52,119 nucleotides of DNA, taken from contig JAYZBV010000070.1 in the NCBI GenBank assembly GCA_036338595.1, forward strand, positions 1 to 52,119, given 5' to 3'. The notes beneath the pieces were generated by a model. That model saw nothing but the letters and a program-made list of their open reading frames with translations. It was not told the origin of the DNA and ran no database searches. This document shows positions 37,419 through 45,492 of this stretch, one piece after another. Origin of the DNA: Planctomycetota bacterium (lineage in GTDB: Bacteria > Planctomycetota > UBA8108 > UBA1146). The translations under genes were made by a program, and so were the position numbers. Each line of letters begins with the position of its first letter. The stretch's first letter is position 1.

Positions 37419-38678
37419 CTAGCGCTCTGACGCCAGGCTCTGCTCGAAATACCCACGCAGAGTGGCAACATTGGTGGAGAGGTCGAACAACCGTCGCGCT
37501 CGTTTTCGGGCGGTTCCCTTGACCAGGTCACCGTTGCGGATCTTATCTGCAACTGCCTCGATGGCACCTGCAAGTGCTTCGGGATTCGCGGGCTCGACCA
37601 GCATGCCCGCATCGTCACCGACGATTTCTGGGCAACCAGTGAGGGTGGTGGTGACGATGGGAAGATCCAGGCCGAGCGCTTCCAGTAGTACCGTCGGTAA
37701 TGCGTCCATGTTGCCATCGCTGTCAGGCACGCACCCCAGCGCCATCAAGGAGGAACTGGAGCAGAGCCTGTTGACTTCCTCGATGGGCAAGCCGCCGGTG
37801 AACTCGACATCCGCATCGAGTTGAAGTTGTTTACTCATCGCCTGGAGGCGATCTTCCTCGTCCCCATCTCCCACGATGGTGGTCTTGAAGCGAAACCCCT
37901 TGCCCTTGAGGATTGCCAGAGCATTCAGGAGATGGTCGAAGCCCTTCTTGGGGACAAGCCGTCCGACACTGATGATCTGGATCGGGTCGCAACTCGGTTC
38001 CGTCTCCGAGGGCGAGAAGAAATCCAGGTTGATGCCGTTGTAGAGCCGTATCACCTTTTCTGCGTCAACTCCCGGAGTGTTTTCAATGATGTAATTCTTG
38101 TTGAAGTCACTGACGGTGATGGCGAAGGAGGAGAGATCTACAAGATCTCGAAATAGCACCCTGTCGACGGTTTCTCTGAAGATGTCCTTCGCGTGACATG
38201 TGAAGGAGAAGGGAATGCCGTAGAGGATCTTCACCAGCGCAGCCATTCGAGTGGAAATGGTCGCGAAGTGAGCATGGAAGTGTTGCACACCTGCTGATTT
38301 TGCTTTTGCTCCGATGACCAATGCCCTCAACAACATATCGAGGTCCTTCGGGATCTGGTGACGCTGGATGAACTCCACAGCATCTGCCCAGCGATCCATG
38401 GGAGGAGCCAACCCCGGTTCCAGTTGCCAGATCTTTCGCCACAACGATTCGGGCTTTTCTCTGGGTGTGTATTGAATGGAGAGTTTCAACTGGCTGAGAT
38501 TTCCATGGAAGCGTCCATCACCAGGAGCCATCAGGCTGAACACATCGACATGGACTCCCTGGCGCTCCAGTTCCAGCACCTCATTGAGTATGAAGGTCTC
38601 TGATAGACGCGGAAACATCTTCAGCAAGTATGCGACATGAAGGACTTGCTCAGGCTCCGATGAGATCTGATTTGGCAA
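37419..38678 (-). CDS. Glycosyltransferase family 4 (WcaL-like)
   Basis: Motifs AYLLKMFPRLSETFILNE, HFHAHFA, SVGRLVPKKG and DALPTVLLEA. Confidence 0.9.
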   Translation of the reverse strand: MPNQISSEPEQVLHVAYLLKMFPRLSETFILNEVLELERQGVHVDVFSLMAPGDGRFHGNLSQLKLSIQYTPREKPESLWRKIWQLEPGLAPPMDRWADAVEFIQRHQIPKDLDMLLRALVIGAKAKSAGVQHFHAHFATISTRMAALVKILYGIPFSFTCHAKDIFRETVDRVLFRDLVDLSSFAITVSDFNKNYIIENTPGVDAEKVIRLYNGINLDFFSPSETEPSCDPIQIISVGRLVPKKGFDHLLNALAILKGKGFRFKTTIVGDGDEEDRLQAMSKQLQLDADVEFTGGLPIEEVNRLCSSSSLMALGCVPDSDGNMDALPTVLLEALGLDLPIVTTTLTGCPEIVGDDAGMLVEPANPEALAGAIEAVADKIRNGDLVKGTARKRARRLFDLSTNVATLRGYFEQSLASER

Positions 38679-39921
38679 CGGGATGGACCTTTCTCAACTG
38701 GAAAAATTGCTGACGTATTTTCTCGATTCTGGAGAGGAAGTTGCCCACTCCATCCATGCTCAGTCCTTGTTCCTCAGGGGTTGGAGGGGGAGGACTCGAG
38801 AGCGCATCATTGATCTCTTTGAAGAGGGATGCAGTGGTCAGGTCGTCAGGGTGGAGGCAGCGGACCAATCCCATGCTGGCGAAGAGCGAAGCTCTCAACC
38901 ACTGTTCCTTACGCGGGAAAACCCTGGGGATCACGACCGTCGGCTTCCTGGTGGATATCGCTTCCATCATGGCGTTGTAGCCACCCATCGTGACGACAAG
39001 ATCGGCGGAGTTGAGGTGCTGCTCGAGATGGGTCGTGAAGCGCAGCACCTGGAGGTTACTGACCGATCCGAATCTGCTGGCCAGCGCTTGAGAATCTGTT
39101 CGAGAAAGGAATGGCCCCGTGATGAGGGTCCCTTCCAACTTGTGGGGATAGAGTTCAAGTGTCTCGAGAAAGGTCGATCCAATGGGGAAACCATCCTCGC
39201 CGCCACCGGAGACACATACGATTCGTTTCAGAGAACTGGGAGTCTTGAATGCTGTACCGGTAGGCTCTGTGGACCCACTCGTATGGACCGATCGGCGTAA
39301 ATACCCGAGGTATTCAATTCGTTCACATGCACTGGTACTCAGGCCGTAGAGTTTCCCCAGATCGAACACCTTCTGATTTCCGTAAACCCAGATGTGATCG
39401 TAAAGATGTTCGATCAACTGGGAGCACCCATCCTTGATCCAGCTATTCTTGACCAACGGACCTTCGTCGATGATATCTCGCAAGCCGATCGCAAGACGCG
39501 TTCCCTGGGCTTTGAGGTCTGCCAGCAGTGGTAGCAATTCACCACGAAGTCCGGTCGGAACATGGTCCACGACGAGAAGGTCTGGATTGAATTCAGTCAG
39601 AGCCCTTCGGAGAGTTTTCCGACGGCGCGCCAGTGTCTCGGTGAGAGTCATCAGGTCGTTTCTGGGCGTGTAATTGCCCTCGGCATTCTTGGTGACGGTA
39701 TCCAGGGTGACGATCCGGGTATCGGCGGGAAGATCGAAGAAGTAAGCCCTCGACGAGCCGGTCACCATCAGGATCTCGAGTCCGCCCAGATGCTCCTGGG
39801 CCTTCTGGGCCAGCAACAATGAGCGTCGGAAATGACCCAGCCCGTAGCCGTCATGGCTATAGAAGGCGAGTCGGAACTTGGCTGGATCTACCTTGTCGGT
39901 ACGCACACTCGAGCGGTCCAT
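38650..39921 (-). CDS. Predicted GT-B glycosyltransferase (GT28 C-terminal-like)
   Basis: Motifs FYSHDGYGLGHFRR, GLRDIID, VSGGGEDG, MGGYN and EQWLRA. AGGAGG RBS about 11-13 nt upstream. Confidence 0.85.
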   Translation of the reverse strand: MDRSSVRTDKVDPAKFRLAFYSHDGYGLGHFRRSLLLAQKAQEHLGGLEILMVTGSSRAYFFDLPADTRIVTLDTVTKNAEGNYTPRNDLMTLTETLARRRKTLRRALTEFNPDLLVVDHVPTGLRGELLPLLADLKAQGTRLAIGLRDIIDEGPLVKNSWIKDGCSQLIEHLYDHIWVYGNQKVFDLGKLYGLSTSACERIEYLGYLRRSVHTSGSTEPTGTAFKTPSSLKRIVCVSGGGEDGFPIGSTFLETLELYPHKLEGTLITGPFLSRTDSQALASRFGSVSNLQVLRFTTHLEQHLNSADLVVTMGGYNAMMEAISTRKPTVVIPRVFPRKEQWLRASLFASMGLVRCLHPDDLTTASLFKEINDALSSPPPPTPEEQGLSMDGVGNFLSRIEKIRQQFFQLRKVHPVAKSDLIGA

Positions 39922-39966
39922 TTGAGGCCGTTCCCCTCCTTCTGTGACTGGATCTGCTGTGATGTT

Positions 39967-39982
39967 AGCAAATGACTGGCCA
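39967..39982 (-). promoter_or_regulatory. Sigma54 (-24/-12) promoter for the glycosyltransferase operon
   Basis: Minus strand reads TGGCCAGTCATTTGCT, which is GG-N10-GC with TGGC and TTGC cores. It lies 45 nt upstream of the ATG at 39921 and next to a GAFTGA bEBP gene. Confidence 0.8.
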
Positions 39983-40080
39983 TGGGGTCTGAATGTATAC
40001 TGATAGTCACGATGTGTCGATATCAGATTCTAACTCTTGATTTCGTATAGAGTTATGGATGATTGGATGGCGTAAATTTG

Positions 40081-40177
40081 TGGCTGAGAGGAGCCATCGT
40101 GGCGGTATGCGGCCTATGGATAAGGGGTGTCGATCCGGCTGGCTGCATGGAGCCGGCAGGGTGGCGCAAGTTAGCCA
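40081..40177. promoter_or_regulatory. Four TGGC-N8-GCCN inverted-repeat sites, putative upstream activator sequences for the bEBP
   Basis: 40081 TGGCTGAGAGGAGCCA; 40100 TGGCGGTATGCGGCCT; 40140 TGGCTGCATGGAGCCG; 40162 TGGCGCAAGTTAGCCA. They sit ~100-195 nt upstream of the sigma54 site with an AT-rich spacer between. Confidence 0.65.
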
Positions 40178-40196
40178 AGTCAGGAAATGGACCCGA

Positions 40197-41594
40197 TCAA
40201 CTGGGAGACAGTCCTCGCTTGTCGAGTTTGTGCCGCAGAGCTCCTCGCGTCAGCCCGAGCAGCCGAGCGACTTCTGAGACATTTCCATCGGTGTGTTTGA
40301 GTGCCTGCTCCAGCAATCGGCGCTCCACCTCCTCGAGGGTGCATTTTCCCGCATCGAAGTTGAAAAGGATCTCCTCGACCCTCATCGGGACTGTACCGGC
40401 GGCGGTGTTGGAGATTCGCTGCTGACCGAGGTGTGGCGATGCGATGGTCTCATCGGATGAGATGAGCACCTGCCGCTCGATGGTGTGCGCCAGTTCCCGG
40501 ATGTTCCCCGGCCAGGAGTACTGATTCAGTTCAGCTCGTACATCTGCGGTCATCTGGAGGTCGGGTTTCCGGTACTTCTGTTGATATCGTTGGAAGAAGT
40601 GATCGATCAGCAGGTCGATGTCGCCACCTCGATCTCGAAGGGGTGGAAGTTGCAGCGATACTACCTTGAGGCGGTAGTAGAGATCTGATCGGAAGGCTCC
40701 ATCGAGTGCCGCCTGTTCGAGGTCCTGGTTGGTCGCAGCGATGATGCGCACATCGGCCTGGTGTTCTCGGGTGCCTCCGACCCGGCGAACCTTCTTGGTT
40801 TCGAGCACATTGAGGAGTTTTGTCTGCATATCCAGCGGCATGTCGCCGATCTCATCGAGGAAGATGGTGCCGCCCGCAGCCACCTCGAACAGTCCCTGCT
40901 TGGTCTTGGTGGCGCCTGTAAAAGCGCCCTTCTCATGGCCAAACAACTCGCTCTCGATCAGCGACATCGGAAGCCCGCTCATGTTGATCTGCAGGAATGA
41001 TGCACGAGATAGGCTGCCCGATTCGTGGATGTATCGAGCCAGCAAGTCCTTGCCGGATCCCGTTTCTCCTCCAATCAGTACCGTCGGAAGTTCTGCAGCA
41101 CTATCGACAGAGATGCTTGAAATCTGTTCGATCACCGACAGAACTTCCCTCAGCTGTGGAGAATCTCCAATGATCTGATGGTCGACGGTCAGTGCGGATG
41201 CTCTTTCAGTGACCTCGGCGAGACGTCTGAGGTCCGCATTACCCAGTTCACGTTCAACGACCAGGTGCAGTTCTTCCAGGTCGAGTGGCTTTTCCAGGTA
41301 ATCGAGGGCGCCCTCTTTCATCGCTTCGACGGCACTGTCGACGGAAGCGTATGCGGTCACCATCAGTACGGGGACCTCAGGCATCTCCTCCCGGATCTTG
41401 CGCAGGACATCGAGCCCCGAGATATCCGGCAACTGCACATCGAGGATGGCCATGTCGATCGACCGGGTGTCAAGAATTCGCATCGCTTCGGCGCCAGTCT
41501 CTGCGGGAAGAGAAACATGGCCTCCCCGACCCAGTTCGAGAGTCAGAGATTGGAGCAGTGGCAATTCGTCATCGAGGATCAGTATCTGAGCCAT
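40197..41594 (-). CDS. Sigma54-dependent response regulator (NtrC/AtoC family bEBP)
   Basis: Receiver motifs ILDDE and LDVQLP. AAA+ motifs GETGSGKD, ESELFGHEKGAFTGA, LDEIG and WPGNIREL. Fis-type HTH GNVSEVARLLGL. Start MAQIL at 41594. Confidence 0.95.
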   Translation of the reverse strand: MAQILILDDELPLLQSLTLELGRGGHVSLPAETGAEAMRILDTRSIDMAILDVQLPDISGLDVLRKIREEMPEVPVLMVTAYASVDSAVEAMKEGALDYLEKPLDLEELHLVVERELGNADLRRLAEVTERASALTVDHQIIGDSPQLREVLSVIEQISSISVDSAAELPTVLIGGETGSGKDLLARYIHESGSLSRASFLQINMSGLPMSLIESELFGHEKGAFTGATKTKQGLFEVAAGGTIFLDEIGDMPLDMQTKLLNVLETKKVRRVGGTREHQADVRIIAATNQDLEQAALDGAFRSDLYYRLKVVSLQLPPLRDRGGDIDLLIDHFFQRYQQKYRKPDLQMTADVRAELNQYSWPGNIRELAHTIERQVLISSDETIASPHLGQQRISNTAAGTVPMRVEEILFNFDAGKCTLEEVERRLLEQALKHTDGNVSEVARLLGLTRGALRHKLDKRGLSPS

Positions 41595-43071
41595 CGGCTT
41601 CCTTTTCATTCTTGTCAATGCTCGGGTCACGTTCCAGCGGGATGGCGATGGTCAACGTGCTTCCCGCCCCGGGAGAAGATACCACATCGATCCGACCTCC
41701 GTGGCCGTGGATGATTCTTTGTGTCAAGGAGAGGCCGAGTCCGAGCCCTCCCTTTTTTGTCGTGAAATAGGGGGAAAAGAGGCGGGATAGTACTTCTTCC
41801 GTCATTCCGGTTCCCTTGTCTCGCACCTCGATGATCAGGTCTCGGTCAGATGTGCAAGCGACCAGCGAGACGATGGATCCAGCACTGGACGCTTCGATGG
41901 CGTTGTTGAGTAGCACGATGACCGCCTGTTCGAGCCGGCGCAGATCGATCTCCACTGCAGGAAGTTCAGGTTCGATCTCGATGGCGATCTCGACCTGGCA
42001 CCTTTGACCGAAGGAGTGCACTGCAGCACAGACTCTGGCCAGGTGATCGCCCAGACCAGAGAGCGGTTTTCGATCGAGCTGGATCGGCTTCAAGCCCTGC
42101 AGAAGGTCTCGCAACCAGCGATCGGCTCGATCCACAGTTTCCATCATGGTTCGCAGTGATGGTTCGACCAGTTCTTCATCGTCGCTTCGCAGGCACCCCT
42201 GTGCCAGAGCCCGGATGCTGCCGAGAGGATTACGCAAGTTGTGAGCCACGGAGGCGGTCATCTCTCCGACTGCGGCGAGGCGTTCACGGTCAACCAGCCT
42301 CTCCTGATACTGAGCGATGTCGGTTGACATCGATTCCACCTCGCGAGCAAGACTGCCCAGCTCATCTCCGGAGGAAACCTGAATCGGCTCTCCGTAGTGC
42401 CCCTGAGAAATCAACTGAGCAGCGTGGGAGAGTCGTTCGATGGGAGTGATGATCCAGCGCTTCAGCAGCAGGAAGAAACCTCCGCACAGTGCCAGCATGA
42501 TGATCCCCAGGGTTCTCAATGAGACCGTGACCACTTCGGAGGCGTATCTTGCTCTGGACTCCATCTGCCCGACTCTCGATTGCTGAATTTGCTGTAGAGA
42601 GCGAACCGCCTCTGCGATGTCGGGAAGCAGATGGTCTCGCAACCAGTTACGGGTTCGTTCCAGAGCCCGATCCTCGAGCCCCTCTTCCACGTACCGAAGG
42701 GAGTTGGTCACGGCTCGAGAAAAATTCTTCACCGGCCGGGCCAGTGCCTCGATCGCTTGCCTCTCCCGGATGGAAATCTCCACATCGGGCATCTGGAGGT
42801 CTGCGATGATCTGCTGGCAGCGATCGATCCGCCGGGAAAACAGGTCACGCTGAGGGGATTGCCACTTCGGGAGGTCGTCGATCTCCGAGGTGGTGATCAG
42901 CAGCAGGTCGCGAATTTCACCGATGGCGACCAGATCCGTGCGACTGCGCTGGCTCTCACGGATGGCCAGCTGGAGGTCGTCGATGACGCGCAGGGCTGCG
43001 ATCCCGCCCCCGATGGAGACCGTCAAGAGGACGATGACAAGCAGTCGAATTCGCGTGCGAATCAACATCAT
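41569..43071 (-). CDS. Membrane sensor histidine kinase with periplasmic helical sensor and HAMP domain
   Basis: Two TM helices, HAMP (P...L......ISQG...DELGSLA), H-box AHNLRNPL, N-box NNAIEA, DKGTGM, FTTK and GLGLGL. ATG at 43071 overlaps the upstream stop. Confidence 0.93.
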   Translation of the reverse strand: MMLIRTRIRLLVIVLLTVSIGGGIAALRVIDDLQLAIRESQRSRTDLVAIGEIRDLLLITTSEIDDLPKWQSPQRDLFSRRIDRCQQIIADLQMPDVEISIRERQAIEALARPVKNFSRAVTNSLRYVEEGLEDRALERTRNWLRDHLLPDIAEAVRSLQQIQQSRVGQMESRARYASEVVTVSLRTLGIIMLALCGGFFLLLKRWIITPIERLSHAAQLISQGHYGEPIQVSSGDELGSLAREVESMSTDIAQYQERLVDRERLAAVGEMTASVAHNLRNPLGSIRALAQGCLRSDDEELVEPSLRTMMETVDRADRWLRDLLQGLKPIQLDRKPLSGLGDHLARVCAAVHSFGQRCQVEIAIEIEPELPAVEIDLRRLEQAVIVLLNNAIEASSAGSIVSLVACTSDRDLIIEVRDKGTGMTEEVLSRLFSPYFTTKKGGLGLGLSLTQRIIHGHGGRIDVVSSPGAGSTLTIAIPLERDPSIDKNEKEADGSDTDPR

Positions 43072-45416
43072 CGGTCTCCCTCGGAGGCGACGCTCCACTC
43101 CAACGAGAAGTGGTCTGGATCGCTGGGTGCAGGAGACACATCCGGAGTCCACTCGATGCGAACTCTCTGGCCTGCACTCAGCAGCGCTGAGGACGAGATT
43201 TCCATCCTCTTTCCATCGAGATCGGTCTCGACCGGACTCGTCTTCCCATCGATGATCAGTGTCACCTTCGGTGCTTTGGGCAGTTCCTCTGACAGGAGGA
43301 TGAGCCATCGCGGGCTGGGCCCTGGCGAGAGGGTTCCCGGCATCGGTTCGACGGCTGTGAAGGAAATCGATCGCTTCGATTTTTTGATGCTGCGATCCAC
43401 TCCCGGCCGCAGATCGCCGATCGGCGCGCAGAGGGTGGAACTCCATCCTGCCGCGAACCAATCGAGGTACTGTGGCCATGTCGGGATCTGCGGCGTGAGG
43501 CTCCACAGCCAGCAGGAACCTGCCTCGATCTTGCTGGAGTTCCCACCACTGACCATCAGTGTCCCGTCTGGCTCCTGTCCTTCGATGGCGATCGGGGGAT
43601 CGCCACGGTGGTGATGCAGGAAGCCGGTTCCGAGAGGAGCGGCATCGGGCGAAGAGATCGACAGGAGCGGACCCGTTACCTGATCGATGCGGAGCATCTT
43701 GGGGCGGGCTGAGTTCGGCTCGGCGAGTTCCACGCCGTCACTGCGAACTCCGACCGGAGCGGGACCGACGCCACTACAAGCCCACATCCGTGCTTTCAGT
43801 TGCAGAAGATCGGAACTCTTCACTGCGGCACCGGAGTTGTCGACGAACAGGCTGCGAGTGACATCGAGCAACCCCTGTCCAGAGAGCAGCACACCGCAAC
43901 CAGCCTGGGCTGCGAGGAAGCAGGAATGGAGGCGGGTCACAGCGTCGGTGGAATCGCCGCTGGCGAGCACGCCTGCGCTCCCGAGGTTTCCCAGGAACTC
44001 CGACTCGAGAACACTGAAATCTCCGGGGGCATCGGCGTCGATGTGGAGTCCAGTCTTGTGATTACTGATGAAGGAGCACTGCTCTACACGGATTCTCAGG
44101 TCTGCGTGGGAACCTTCGGGATAACGGATGTCGAAACTGGCACCGTGATCATGATTTCGCTCGACCAGAACTCCGCGCAATCCGATGCGGATCCGCGCCG
44201 GGGCATCTCCGTCGCCGAGTGGAGAATCAATCTTGATGTTGATTCCGATGTCCTGGTTGCGAGCCACCTCGCAGCGATCCATATCGATCCTCGCCTTCGC
44301 CCCCGACCGAGGCAATAGCGGCAAGACCGATAGTCCACTCTGCTGGTTGTCTACAAGAAGGCAGTTGCGGATGGCCAGATCCACATGGCCTTCGATCCGG
44401 ATCCCGTCGCCACCATTTCCGCTCACGATGCAGGATAGAATCGTCCCGGTTGCGAGGCCGTCCTTGTCGAGATCGGTCTCGATCTGGATGCCCTTGTCCT
44501 TGTAGTGGAGAACCTCACATCGAGAGAGTCGCAAGTGGCAATCGTCGGCGACGATGGCGCGGCGTGCCTCGCTCTTGCCGTCAAAATGAAACCCATCGAC
44601 GACGACCAGTTGATCGCCCGGAGGCAAGATGACCGAATCCTGACGGGGTGAGCCGATCAGCAGCGAGCGGTGCAGATCGGGGCTGGAGTCCCCGGAAAAT
44701 CCTGTTGGGAAGCCACCATAGATGGCCATCCCTTCGAATAGCAGTAACTGTTCCTCGTACTCTCCTTCGGCCACGAGGATGTTGATGCCCAGGAGACCGA
44801 TCGCTTCACCGATGGCATCATCGATGTGCTGCAATGCGCTGGTCGGAGACGCGCCATCGCCCCCTGCAGGAGCGCTGGCATCGACATAGAGCACCGGGTT
44901 GGGCAGCGCTGGCCACTCGGCTTCGTTGGAGTCGCTCTGTTGCTTCTCATCGATGGCTCGAACTACCAGGAATACTTGCTCCCCATTGGCCAACCCCTCG
45001 AGCAAGTGAGAGTCGGCACCGGCATCGGTCGTGACAGTGGGCTCCGAGAAGTCCTGCTTTCCCGGGCGGCCGGATAGATAGATGTGGTAACGCATCTTTG
45101 CTGCAGAGGTGAGGTCGTCTTGAGCGGGGTCCCAGGCGACCAACACCTGCCCATCGCCAGCGATCGCCGAGTTCGCACCCTCGAAGAGTGGGGGCCGATC
45201 GTGACCATCTCCGTGGACCGTGGATGGGTCTGTGATCTGGATCGGTAAACTGACGACCGTGTCGGGGGGAATGGTATCGGTTTCAGAGGGATCCTCTGCA
45301 CGATCACCAACGCAACCTGTGACACACAGCCACAGCGTCAGCGAGAGACTGCACAGGAGCAGGAATCGTCGATCCGCGTCGGATCGGGTGGGATGGTTCA
45401 GAGGCTCGGTCGCCAA
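43068..45416 (-). CDS. Lipoprotein with FN3-like domain and right-handed beta-helix repeats (paralog of 27479-30250)
   Basis: Lipobox-like VTG-C, FN3-like GDGQVLVAW...GLANG...VVRA, NPVLYVDAS and beta-helix turns. TTG at 45416 follows GGAGGT. The alternative start is ATG at 45467. Confidence 0.7.
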   Translation of the reverse strand: MATEPLNHPTRSDADRRFLLLCSLSLTLWLCVTGCVGDRAEDPSETDTIPPDTVVSLPIQITDPSTVHGDGHDRPPLFEGANSAIAGDGQVLVAWDPAQDDLTSAAKMRYHIYLSGRPGKQDFSEPTVTTDAGADSHLLEGLANGEQVFLVVRAIDEKQQSDSNEAEWPALPNPVLYVDASAPAGGDGASPTSALQHIDDAIGEAIGLLGINILVAEGEYEEQLLLFEGMAIYGGFPTGFSGDSSPDLHRSLLIGSPRQDSVILPPGDQLVVVDGFHFDGKSEARRAIVADDCHLRLSRCEVLHYKDKGIQIETDLDKDGLATGTILSCIVSGNGGDGIRIEGHVDLAIRNCLLVDNQQSGLSVLPLLPRSGAKARIDMDRCEVARNQDIGINIKIDSPLGDGDAPARIRIGLRGVLVERNHDHGASFDIRYPEGSHADLRIRVEQCSFISNHKTGLHIDADAPGDFSVLESEFLGNLGSAGVLASGDSTDAVTRLHSCFLAAQAGCGVLLSGQGLLDVTRSLFVDNSGAAVKSSDLLQLKARMWACSGVGPAPVGVRSDGVELAEPNSARPKMLRIDQVTGPLLSISSPDAAPLGTGFLHHHRGDPPIAIEGQEPDGTLMVSGGNSSKIEAGSCWLWSLTPQIPTWPQYLDWFAAGWSSTLCAPIGDLRPGVDRSIKKSKRSISFTAVEPMPGTLSPGPSPRWLILLSEELPKAPKVTLIIDGKTSPVETDLDGKRMEISSSALLSAGQRVRIEWTPDVSPAPSDPDHFSLEWSVASEGDR

Positions 45417-45492
45417 CACTACCTCCGCAGGGTTGAGCGCAGGGCTGAAGTCCAGCACTGCACACATCTTACCGCATCAACAGTGGACTGCA

